From: Syntrophaceae bacterium
Lineage (GTDB): Bacteria; Desulfobacterota; Syntrophia; Syntrophales; Smithellaceae
NCBI GenBank assembly: GCA_025355345.1
Contig: JANXZU010000122.1
Coordinates: 3-64,002, forward strand
Direction of reading: 5' to 3'
DNA: 64,000 nucleotides
Shown here: piece after piece, positions 18,508 to 27,427 of the stretch
Numbering within the stretch: the stretch's first letter is position 1
Layout of the letters: every line of letters begins with the position of its first letter
Position numbers and translations under genes: made by a program
The notes under the pieces: model-generated
What the model was told of the DNA's origin: nothing
The model's database searches: none
What the model saw: the letters and a program-made list of their open reading frames with translations, nothing else

Positions 18508-18944
18508 GTTCCCCTCCTGCCATGTTTCAGCACAGACATTTCATCGGAAGCCTTTTGTTCCAAATTTCTTAAATTACTATTATATTCTTCTGTATGATGC
18601 TGTTTGAGCTTTTCCATAATTTTTCTTTTTTTCACCGCTTCAATCAATTCTTTTCTTTTGCCTTCAACCTCTTCTTTAACCTGGTGAATAATAATCTTTT
18701 GTTTCTTTTCATTTTCCCGAACCTGCTTCACATATGAAAAGTGAACGGCAAAATTATCGGCTGGCACTAGCTTATCCTGCATGTTTCGCATTTCGGCAAT
18801 CAAATTGTTCCTTTCATTAATTAGAGATTTCATCACTAATCTTTGAGTATCTAATTCCCGCTTTTTTTCCGAAAATTCATTATGTATTTTTTCCTCTATA
18901 TTTATCCGGTATTCCAATACTGACTGCAGTTTAAAAATAAACAT
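18504..18944 (-). CDS. fliJ: Flagellar export chaperone FliJ
   Basis: 146-aa charged coiled-coil protein immediately after fliI. Confidence 0.65.
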   Translation of the reverse strand: MFIFKLQSVLEYRINIEEKIHNEFSEKKRELDTQRLVMKSLINERNNLIAEMRNMQDKLVPADNFAVHFSYVKQVRENEKKQKIIIHQVKEEVEGKRKELIEAVKKRKIMEKLKQHHTEEYNSNLRNLEQKASDEMSVLKHGRRGT

Positions 18945-18958
18945 AATTTCACAATCTA

Positions 18959-20299
18959 TTATTTAAATAGATCCAATAGTTGAGATCTGGACTGCGCAAA
19001 ATCAATTTTTTCATCAATATTCTGTCTCAAAAACGGGTTGACTTTTTCAATCATTTTTATTGCATAATCTATAGACGGATTAGAACCATTGACATACGCA
19101 CCAATATTTATGAGATCTTCGGCCTTATTATAAGTGGCAACAATATTTGAAATATCATTGGCTTTAGCCTTATGCTCCTTCTCAACTACATCAATCATAA
19201 CCCTGCTGATGCTTTGTAAAACGTCGATTGCGGGATAGTGATTTTTATTAGCAAGGTTTCTTGATAACGAAATGTGTCCGTCAAGGATTGAGCGAGCCGC
19301 ATCAGATATTGGTTCGTTAAAATCATCACCTTCAACCAAGACTGTATAAAGCCCGGTAATGCTGCCCACTCCTTCTACAATACCGGAACGTTCCAAAAGC
19401 TTTGGCAGTAGGCTAAAAACAGATGGAGTATAGCCTTTTGTTGTCGGCGGCTCACCCACGGACAGCCCCACTTCTCTTTGCGCCATGGCAAATCTCGTCA
19501 AGGAATCTACCATTAACAGCACATCATTGCCCTGATCACGGAAATACTCCGAAACGGCTGTGGCCACATAAGCCGCACGCATGCGGACTAAGGGATGCAT
19601 ATCCGATGCGGCAACCACAACTACGGATCTTGCCAGTCCTTCCTCTCCCAAATTCTTTTCTATAAATTCGCGAACTTCCCGGCCTCTTTCGCCGATTAAT
19701 CCAATAACATTCACATCAGCTTTGGTATTGCGCGCAATCATTCCCATGAGAACACTTTTACCTACACCTGATCCGGAAAAAATACCCATCCTCTGACCTT
19801 TACCACAGGTAAAAAGAGCGTTGAGAGAGCGAATACCTAAATCCATTGGCTCATTGATTCTGCCTCGATCCAAAGGGTTGATCGGTTCCGCATAAATTGG
19901 ATACTCATCGGAGAATTCGATCGGTCCTTTATTGTCAATAGGATTTCCCAGACCATTTATCACCCGACCCAAAAGCCCATTACCCACGCCGATACTAGCT
20001 TTTCTTCCCATGGACAATATTTTGCAACCAGGACCCAAGCCCTGAATTGTTTCTAAAGGCATGAGTAGTACACGCCCTTTTCTAAAACCGACAACTTCCG
20101 CCTCCACCGGCTGACCACCCCTTAACGGAACAATACCGCAAACATCCCCAATAGAGGCCGCAGGGCCATGTCCTTCCACCATCAAACCGACAATTTCACT
20201 TACCTTACCATTAACCCGAATGGGATTAATCCGGCTCAGAATAGTTTCAAATTTTGATATATCAATTGTCTCGGTGTTCATAATTGATCCCGCATGCAC
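18959..20299 (-). CDS. fliI: Flagellum-specific ATPase FliI
   Basis: Walker A GSGVGKS. Walker B LLMVDSLTR. F1/T3SS ATPase architecture. Confidence 0.95.
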   Translation of the reverse strand: MHAGSIMNTETIDISKFETILSRINPIRVNGKVSEIVGLMVEGHGPAASIGDVCGIVPLRGGQPVEAEVVGFRKGRVLLMPLETIQGLGPGCKILSMGRKASIGVGNGLLGRVINGLGNPIDNKGPIEFSDEYPIYAEPINPLDRGRINEPMDLGIRSLNALFTCGKGQRMGIFSGSGVGKSVLMGMIARNTKADVNVIGLIGERGREVREFIEKNLGEEGLARSVVVVAASDMHPLVRMRAAYVATAVSEYFRDQGNDVLLMVDSLTRFAMAQREVGLSVGEPPTTKGYTPSVFSLLPKLLERSGIVEGVGSITGLYTVLVEGDDFNEPISDAARSILDGHISLSRNLANKNHYPAIDVLQSISRVMIDVVEKEHKAKANDISNIVATYNKAEDLINIGAYVNGSNPSIDYAIKMIEKVNPFLRQNIDEKIDFAQSRSQLLDLFK

Positions 20300-20992
20300 T
20301 TAAGTCTGGTGATTGAACAAGGCTACTTTTATCTCATGGAGCTGACTTTCCAAACGGGCATCAACTTCACCAAACATGGTTTCAACAATTGCTCCGCCTC
20401 TCTTTATGGAGGAATCTTCTTCAAATATTACGTTGCGTAAACCGTCAACTGATTGTAAAAAATCTTTTTTTACTTCCATCATATAGCGAAAATCATGCGG
20501 ATTTAATCTTATTTTCATGCCATCGGTTTCGGCAATATTTTTAAGCGCACCCTTGAGAACTCCCAGAATAATTTCCTTACGAGTCGCTACTTCCTGATTG
20601 ATAATCTTTTCGGCAATCGCTATAGCCAGCATAATTATTTGCTCTTCTGTTTTTTCAAATATTTCTTTTTTAATCAGCGGAATCATCTGCGTCATCGTGG
20701 CAACAGCAGTAAGCGCGGGAAGTGCAGTTTTTTTCTGTAATTCTGCACCTTCACTAAACCCCTTTCTATAGAAGTCTTCACTCACTTTTTTGATTCGTAA
20801 TTCTATCTGTGCCTGTATTCTATCCTGTTCGGAGAGTTCAGTTTGTTTTTCGCCGTATTCATCTCCTCCCGCACCATCATCTACACATTCCTCACCATAC
20901 AAGTAAGGTGCAGGACATATGGCCTTACCTGAATTTATGACCTCTTTAGCTTTAATTACATTTGTTTTAAATAAATCCATCTTTTTCATCAC
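20300..20992 (-). CDS. fliH: Flagellar assembly protein FliH
   Basis: 230 aa with a charged coiled N-terminal half. Located between fliG and fliI. Confidence 0.75.
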   Translation of the reverse strand: MMKKMDLFKTNVIKAKEVINSGKAICPAPYLYGEECVDDGAGGDEYGEKQTELSEQDRIQAQIELRIKKVSEDFYRKGFSEGAELQKKTALPALTAVATMTQMIPLIKKEIFEKTEEQIIMLAIAIAEKIINQEVATRKEIILGVLKGALKNIAETDGMKIRLNPHDFRYMMEVKKDFLQSVDGLRNVIFEEDSSIKRGGAIVETMFGEVDARLESQLHEIKVALFNHQT

Positions 20993-21959
20993 CGCGCAAA
21001 ATCAATATTTTCCCTTCTGCTTCCAGTTTTTTCGTGACTTCTACAATTTTGCGCTGACTGGCCTCTACTTCCGAAAGCCTTATGGGCGGCATAAGAGCTA
21101 TTTCTTCTTTCAACATTTCCGCACCACGCTTTGACATATTCTTGAATATCTTTTCACGCATACCTTCATCCACAAGCTTAAGAGCTCTGGATAAATCTTC
21201 AGCACTGACTTCCTTCATTAATTCCTGCAGTGACTTATCGTCGAGTTTCAAGACATCATCAAAATTGAACATAAAGTTACGAATCTGAGCTGCTAATTCC
21301 GGATCTGCATCCTCCATAGAAGCCATAATTGCTTGTTCGGCAGAACGGTTCATTTTGTTTAAAATGTCCGCCATTGCGTGAACACCTCCCATCTGCTGAT
21401 CAGATGAATTACCGCTGACCAGTTCTTTTTCCAGAGTTCTAGCAACTTCTTCAATGAATTCACGTGGTACACTCTTTAGTGTAGCCATGCGTTTGGATAT
21501 TTCGTATTGAATAGCCGGAGCAAAGTGTTCCAATACTTCCGCAGCCTTTTCCGGCCTTAAATGAACCAGGATTAATGCAATTGTTTGGGGATGTTCCATA
21601 CGTGTAAACTCGGCCATCACTTTAGGATCTATTTCCTGAAGCTTTTCAATAATCGGATTGTCCATTGCCGCATTTCCAACATCAGTCAGAATACTCTGGG
21701 CATCTTTCTCGCCCATAGCCTTAACAACCAGGTTTTTCGATGCCCCATCACGCACCGATATCATCCCTCCTTGTTCTTTAGCCATTGTACAAAATTCTTT
21801 GGCAACGCTACTGATCGTCTCGGCAGGAATATTTGTTACCCGGCTCATTTGCTTGCCTAGCCTGCGAATTTCGGATGGCCGCAGATTTTTCATCACTTCG
21901 GCCGCAAGATCTTCGTCTAATGACAAAAGCAATATTGCCGCTTTTTCTTCGCCTGTCAT
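20967..21959 (-). CDS. fliG: Flagellar motor switch protein FliG
   Basis: MTGEEKAAILLLSLDEDLAAEVMKNL plus C-terminal torque-helix region SKRGAEMLKEEI. 330 aa. Confidence 0.95.
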   Translation of the reverse strand: MTGEEKAAILLLSLDEDLAAEVMKNLRPSEIRRLGKQMSRVTNIPAETISSVAKEFCTMAKEQGGMISVRDGASKNLVVKAMGEKDAQSILTDVGNAAMDNPIIEKLQEIDPKVMAEFTRMEHPQTIALILVHLRPEKAAEVLEHFAPAIQYEISKRMATLKSVPREFIEEVARTLEKELVSGNSSDQQMGGVHAMADILNKMNRSAEQAIMASMEDADPELAAQIRNFMFNFDDVLKLDDKSLQELMKEVSAEDLSRALKLVDEGMREKIFKNMSKRGAEMLKEEIALMPPIRLSEVEASQRKIVEVTKKLEAEGKILILRGDEKDGFI

Positions 21960-21996
21960 TTAATCTAATCCTTATCAAATCTGATATTTTTTATGG

Positions 21997-23535
21997 TTAT
22001 TTCATCCAGTTACGGAGTATGTCGGCAAATTGTTTGGAATCAGCCCTTGCCATTTGTTGGGTCATTTCAGTTTCCGTTAGCGGGCGCTCCTGCTCAGCTG
22101 TCCGCATTTCCGCTGTAGCCCTATGAGCATATGCTTCAGCCGCTGTTCCCGCGGGAACACGTGCCGCAGCAATCCGAGGTTCAGGGGAAGCACTCATAAT
22201 ATTTTTAATTAAAGGAATGATGACGAACAATAATATTAAGGCCATCAGCGCAAATATTCCAACATACCTTAATAACGGCGAAAACACCTCTACCTTCTCC
22301 TGCCATGTTGTAGTCTCCGCTTCCTCAGCCTCAATTCTCTTAAACGGCATATTAGTAACTACAACCTGATCACCTCGTTGAGAATTGAAACCAGCCGATT
22401 TCCGCACCAGGTCTTCCAACGATTCGATTTCATTTTTTGTCCGGGGTTGATATACTTCTTCATTCTTTTCATTTTTCTTGTATGTACCATCTACTAAAAC
22501 AGCGATCGACAGTTTCTTGGTTTCACCAACAGGCATTACTGTTTTGTTCACAACTTTGTTAATTTCATAATTAATAATTTCATCGAGCTTTTCTTTCTCG
22601 GGATTTTCTGAGACAGTTCCGGTTTTCCCGACAGCGTTTACCTTTTCCGCATTTCGCTGGACACTCCGAATGACAGGTGCTTCAGAATCGTAAGTTTCCT
22701 CCGTCTTTTCAGTTACACGAAAATCAAGTTCCGCAGTTACCCGAACTGCCGCTTTACCCGTTCCCACAACATTCTCCAACATAGATTGGATACGCCCCCC
22801 CAAATCCTTTTCCATATTTCTCTGAAAATCAATTTGTGAAGCGGTCATTTTGGAAAGCTTGGATTCATTTTGTTTTGAAGATAGTATGGTACCACGTGAA
22901 TCCACAACCATTACATCTTCAGGATTCATTCCCTCGATTGAACTGGCGACCAAATGGACTATGCCTTCTATTTGCGCAGAGCGTATGTTTTTTCCAGACT
23001 TCAACCTAAGGGTGACAGAAGCTGTTGGTCTTTTTTGCTGTTCCGAAAAAAGAGAGTCTTTGGGCAGAGCGATGTGTACCCTGCTGGATTGGATTTCATC
23101 CAGACCATTGATTGTGCGGGCCAACTCCCCTTGCAGGGCACGCCGGTAATTGAGCTGCTGTTCAAACTCCGTTGCTCCCAGTGATTTATTATCAAATATC
23201 TCAAATCCAACACCGCCACCCTGCGGCAACCCGGAGGCTGCCAGTTCCAGACGCAACTCTGATACCTTTTCTGAGGGCACTGAAATAGCGTTCCCGGATG
23301 ATGACACTTTATAGGGTATTTTCTTTTCATTCAACTTTCCGACAATGTTGCCCGCGTCTTCCGAGGATAAATTTGAAAATAGCACCCGGTACTCTACTTG
23401 ATTGGTAAGATAAACCATAAGTACGATGCTGGCTAACGTGATCAGTATAACCATTACAATGGACATTTTGCGCCCGGAGCCGAGCGCGTCAAATCCATTC
23501 CAAAGCTTTGTAAAAAATTGTAAGACTGAATCCAT
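21997..23535 (-). CDS. fliF: MS-ring protein FliF
   Basis: 512 aa with N- and C-terminal TM helices. YscJ/FliF-type periplasmic region (VHIALPKDSLFSEQQKRPTASV). Confidence 0.95.
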   Translation of the reverse strand: MDSVLQFFTKLWNGFDALGSGRKMSIVMVILITLASIVLMVYLTNQVEYRVLFSNLSSEDAGNIVGKLNEKKIPYKVSSSGNAISVPSEKVSELRLELAASGLPQGGGVGFEIFDNKSLGATEFEQQLNYRRALQGELARTINGLDEIQSSRVHIALPKDSLFSEQQKRPTASVTLRLKSGKNIRSAQIEGIVHLVASSIEGMNPEDVMVVDSRGTILSSKQNESKLSKMTASQIDFQRNMEKDLGGRIQSMLENVVGTGKAAVRVTAELDFRVTEKTEETYDSEAPVIRSVQRNAEKVNAVGKTGTVSENPEKEKLDEIINYEINKVVNKTVMPVGETKKLSIAVLVDGTYKKNEKNEEVYQPRTKNEIESLEDLVRKSAGFNSQRGDQVVVTNMPFKRIEAEEAETTTWQEKVEVFSPLLRYVGIFALMALILLFVIIPLIKNIMSASPEPRIAAARVPAGTAAEAYAHRATAEMRTAEQERPLTETEMTQQMARADSKQFADILRNWMK

Positions 23536-23565
23536 AATAGTATCCGTTTAAAAATAGAATAAAAA

Positions 23566-23868
23566 TTATACCTGCATCCGCATGACTTCCTGATAAGCAT
23601 CAAGAATCTTATTGCGAACCTGCATCATCACTTGAAAAGATATACCCGCCTTTTCCAACGCGATCATGGCATCATGAATCGACCCAGCGTCTTCCAATTG
23701 AACCTTCGCAATTGCTTTATCCGCATCAGTTTGTAATTTGTTAATATCCATAATGGCGTCTTTAAGAACTGACCCGAAAGCATTACTTCCAACTTGTTTT
23801 CCATCATCCGGCTTTTTTGGCTCGATTCCCGCCGGCTTCAAACCACCTTGGATTATCAGATCTTTCAT
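23566..23868 (-). CDS. fliE: Hook-basal body protein FliE
   Basis: 100 aa with C-terminal QVRNKILDAYQEVMRMQV. Located between flgC and fliF. Confidence 0.85.
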   Translation of the reverse strand: MKDLIIQGGLKPAGIEPKKPDDGKQVGSNAFGSVLKDAIMDINKLQTDADKAIAKVQLEDAGSIHDAMIALEKAGISFQVMMQVRNKILDAYQEVMRMQV

Positions 23869-23895
23869 TTTTTAAACTCTCCAGATTAATTTTGC

Positions 23896-24321
23896 TTATT
23901 TACCGATATCCATGGCTTTAAGCGCCATATTTTTTGCAGCGTCAAAAGCCGTGGCACAGGCTTCATAACCGCGACTGGCAGTAATTAAATCAGCCATTTC
24001 CAGCATTATATTGACGTTTGGCAGTGTCACAAATCCGTCTTTATCTGCATCAGGATGAGCAGGATCAAAAATCTTTTTAAAGCCATCCTTTCCCTCGACC
24101 ACATTTTGCACTTTTACGATACGAACGGCATCGGCAAGTGATTTGTCAAAGCCTTCCTTTAAAGGTTCTGCCGAAAAAGTTATCATTTTTCTTTTATAAG
24201 GACCGCCTTCGGGAGTGCTGGTAGTACTGACGTTAGCAATATTACTCGTAATGACATCCAGTTTGGCCCTCTGTGCGGAAAGCCCTGCAGAGCATATTTT
24301 AAAAGTTGTAAAAAACTCCAT
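23896..24321 (-). CDS. flgC: Proximal rod protein FlgC
   Basis: Starts at MEFFTTFKICSAGLSAQRAKLDVITSNIANVST. The ATG at 24321 abuts the flgB stop. The 21-codon upstream extension in the ORF track overlaps flgB. Confidence 0.9.
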   Translation of the reverse strand: MEFFTTFKICSAGLSAQRAKLDVITSNIANVSTTSTPEGGPYKRKMITFSAEPLKEGFDKSLADAVRIVKVQNVVEGKDGFKKIFDPAHPDADKDGFVTLPNVNIMLEMADLITASRGYEACATAFDAAKNMALKAMDIGK

Positions 24322-24322
24322 C

Positions 24323-24703
24323 TTACTTAACCTCCGACAAAACGTTCCTGATACCCCTGAATTTTCGTGCCAGCAGTTCAACACTTAAATTATACATTAA
24401 TTGATTTGAAGCTAAATTACCCATTTCTTTATCCAGATCGACTTTTTCCTCAGATTTGACCATTTTAAAATCGTTTCTGGTAATTTCGTCCGTGGCATTA
24501 GGAAAATGTTTCTCTTTAGTTCTAGTTAAATGAATCCTTATATCCATGGCTTTTTGCAGATCCTGTTTAAAAACGTAATCAGCTGGTTTGTACCCTGGTG
24601 TATCTAAGTTGGAGATATTTGAAGTAATTAGCTTATTACGTTCTGAACGATACCCAACTAGTGTGGATAATAGATTAAATGTCTTACCGAACAATGATTC
24701 CAT
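24323..24703 (-). CDS. flgB: Proximal rod protein FlgB
   Basis: N-terminal rod motif SNISNLDTPGYK. First gene after a sigma-54 promoter. Confidence 0.9.
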   Translation of the reverse strand: MESLFGKTFNLLSTLVGYRSERNKLITSNISNLDTPGYKPADYVFKQDLQKAMDIRIHLTRTKEKHFPNATDEITRNDFKMVKSEEKVDLDKEMGNLASNQLMYNLSVELLARKFRGIRNVLSEVK

Positions 24704-24727
24704 ATCTAAACCTCTCGCCTAATAATC

Positions 24728-24743
24728 TGCAATTCGCATACCA
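24728..24743 (-). promoter_or_regulatory. Sigma-54 promoter upstream of flgB
   Basis: Minus strand reads TGGTATGCGAATTGCA. The predicted transcription start lies just upstream of the GAGAGG SD of flgB. Confidence 0.7.
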
Positions 24744-24753
24744 AGATCACATA

Positions 24754-26172
24754 TCATTTATCTTCCCCCTGATCATCACTGATCCCATACTCATGCAATT
24801 TATTTCTCATTGTTCTAACACTGATGCCTAATATTTTTGAAGCTTTTGTTTTATTCCAATCAACTTTATTCAAAGTGTCAAAAATCATACTCTTTTCCAT
24901 ATCATAGAGAGTCTCATTTTTATCGCTTCCCTTAATTTCTTTATTATTAAATTCTAATTTATCAGTTGTTGAAATATGCTCTTTAGTTGACCCATTAGTC
25001 ACTTTTTCTAAAAATAAATATTGAGGAGTAATGGTTGTTTCGTTACAAATTAATACCGCTCTTTCAATTATGTTCTCCAATTCCCGCACATTACCCGGCC
25101 ACGAGTACGCTTTAAGGCTTGCTTTGGCTTCATCTGTCAGCAATAGTTCTTTTTTTTCATTTACCTGACTATATTTCTTAATGAAATGCTCCGCCAGTAA
25201 AATAACGTCTCCATTTCTTTCCCGCAGGGGAGGAATCACGACAGGAATCACATTTAGTCTGTAGTATAGATCGCTGCGAAAAGTTTTATGCAAAATGCTA
25301 TTTTGCAGATCGGCATTAGTTGTCGCTATTATTCGGACATCAATGGGTATGGGCATTTTCCCGCCTATCCTGTCAACTTCTGACTCTTGAATCACCCGTA
25401 ATAGTTTTGCCTGCAACTGGATATCCATCTCGGAAATTTCGTCTAACAGAAGAGTGCCACCATTGGCCTGTTCAAACTTACCTATTTTTTTTACCGCGGC
25501 ACCGGTGAAAGATCCTTTCTCGAAGCCGAACATTTCACTCTCTAAGAGCTGCCCTGGAATAGCGGCGCAATTTACCGCCACAAAAGGCATTTCCCGACGA
25601 TTGCCGTGACGGTATACATAACGGGCGAATAATTCTTTACCTGTACCGCTTTCTCCCTGAATTAAAATACTGGATTTACTTTTAGCCACATTCTTCAGCA
25701 TTTCCATAATGGCAATAATCTTCTTATCCTTCGTAATAATTTCTTTAACAGGATAAATATTTCCGCTTGCCTCATCATCTACTTTTTCAGTTTTGATTGA
25801 AGCGCTTGCCGCCAAAACGTTTTTTACGGCAAATTCCAGATCATCCAAAGAAAAAGGTTTCATGATAAACTCAGAAGCACCTTCTTTCATCGCTTCGACC
25901 GCAGTATTTACAGTTCCATATGCCGTTATCAAAATAACCGGTGTTTGCGGCGAAATTCTCTTTACCCCTCTTAGAACATCCATACCGCTCATCTTGGGCA
26001 TGCGCATATCCGTAACAACCACGGCATATTGACCATCTTTGAATTTCACTAAAGCATCCGCGCCATTTTCCACAGTATCTACTTCATAACCACAACTGCT
26101 TAGAGATTCAAATAAAGCCGATCTCATCGATTGATCATCATCAACAATCAGCAATCTTTCCGCACTAGACAT
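24754..26172 (-). CDS. Sigma-54-dependent response regulator (NtrC family; FlrC/FleR-like by context)
   Basis: REC domain (VVVTDMRMPKMSG). AAA+ domain with GESGTGKE and GSFTGA. C-terminal Fis-type HTH. Confidence 0.9.
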   Translation of the reverse strand: MSSAERLLIVDDDQSMRSALFESLSSCGYEVDTVENGADALVKFKDGQYAVVVTDMRMPKMSGMDVLRGVKRISPQTPVILITAYGTVNTAVEAMKEGASEFIMKPFSLDDLEFAVKNVLAASASIKTEKVDDEASGNIYPVKEIITKDKKIIAIMEMLKNVAKSKSSILIQGESGTGKELFARYVYRHGNRREMPFVAVNCAAIPGQLLESEMFGFEKGSFTGAAVKKIGKFEQANGGTLLLDEISEMDIQLQAKLLRVIQESEVDRIGGKMPIPIDVRIIATTNADLQNSILHKTFRSDLYYRLNVIPVVIPPLRERNGDVILLAEHFIKKYSQVNEKKELLLTDEAKASLKAYSWPGNVRELENIIERAVLICNETTITPQYLFLEKVTNGSTKEHISTTDKLEFNNKEIKGSDKNETLYDMEKSMIFDTLNKVDWNKTKASKILGISVRTMRNKLHEYGISDDQGEDK

Positions 26173-27408
26173 TTATTTTAGCTCCCGAATCTTTACATCT
26201 TTTTGGACAAGCGGAAAATTGATACTTACGGCTACACCGCCCTGTATTGCATTTTCAATGCTTACTGACCCATTATGTTGATTGATAATATTATGAACTA
26301 TAGCCAGGCCTAATCCCGAACCACTTTCTTTCGTGCTGAAAAATGGATCAAATATTCTAGATAAATTTTGCTCTGGAATTCCTGGGCCGGAATCCTGAAA
26401 TACTATTTCTACCACCTGAGATTCTCTTTGACCAATAAGGTTTGCGGAAGTACTTGACACAATCGCTAATGTACCTCCTTCCGGCATAGCCTGCTGGGCA
26501 TTTAATATTATATTTAAAAAGACTTGCTTGAGCATTTCCGCATCTCCATCAATATATGCATGCTCACAAGCATATTTTGCCGAAACACTGATGCCACCCT
26601 GCTCCATAATTTGCTCGGAAAAATCGATGACTTTGGATAAGATTTCATGCAAATCAATTTTGCTCATTTTGGGACTTTGCGTTCGCGTAAACAGAAGCAA
26701 ATTGGAAATTTTATTATCAACATTTTTTACTGATGAAATAATTTGGATTGCCCGCTCCTGATCTTTCTTCTGGGATAAATTTTTTAAAAGAAGCGACGCG
26801 AATAGTTCGATGCTGCCCAGTGGATTACGAATTTCATGGGCGATGTTCGCCGCCATTTCTCCCATAGCCGCGAACTTCTCCGTTCTTTTAGCCATGTCTT
26901 CGAGTTTTTCTATCCGCGTTATATCGCGCAGAACAAAGACATTGCCTATTGTCTTGCCATTTGGCGATTTAAAAGGTGAACAAAATATTTCCAGAGTCCG
27001 GCTATTGATTTTTACTTTATGCCCCGCTTCCCCCTTAGCGTATTCAGCCAGGTCAATCTTTTGCCAGTCATTAACAGCCATGCCTCCAAAAAGAATGCCT
27101 ATGTGTTGCCCTATAACTTCGGTCTGACTGCCACCCGTAAACATTTCAGCGCAGGAATTCAAAGTCTGGATTTGACCTGCAACATCAGTCACAACCACTC
27201 CGTTAGTTAAGCTCTCTAATATATTCTGGAGATAATTTCTTGTCTGTTCTTTTTCTTCAACAGTCTTAACAAGCTCAATATTTTTTTCTTCCAACTCTTT
27301 ATTTAGTGTTGCGAACCGTTCTTCCAGGCGGGCATAAGCACGTTCAAGCTCCACGGTGGCTTTATTAAAACTTTCAAATGATTTCTGAAGCAAAGATATA
27401 TCTTGCAT
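26173..27408 (-). CDS. PAS-domain sensor histidine kinase (FlrB/FleS-like by context)
   Basis: H-box AHEIRNPLGSI. HATPase N and G boxes (ILNAQQAM, DSGPGI, GSGLGLAI). No TM helix seen. Confidence 0.85.
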   Translation of the reverse strand: MQDISLLQKSFESFNKATVELERAYARLEERFATLNKELEEKNIELVKTVEEKEQTRNYLQNILESLTNGVVVTDVAGQIQTLNSCAEMFTGGSQTEVIGQHIGILFGGMAVNDWQKIDLAEYAKGEAGHKVKINSRTLEIFCSPFKSPNGKTIGNVFVLRDITRIEKLEDMAKRTEKFAAMGEMAANIAHEIRNPLGSIELFASLLLKNLSQKKDQERAIQIISSVKNVDNKISNLLLFTRTQSPKMSKIDLHEILSKVIDFSEQIMEQGGISVSAKYACEHAYIDGDAEMLKQVFLNIILNAQQAMPEGGTLAIVSSTSANLIGQRESQVVEIVFQDSGPGIPEQNLSRIFDPFFSTKESGSGLGLAIVHNIINQHNGSVSIENAIQGGVAVSINFPLVQKDVKIRELK

Positions 27409-27427
27409 TAGACTTCTTTCAGAGGGG

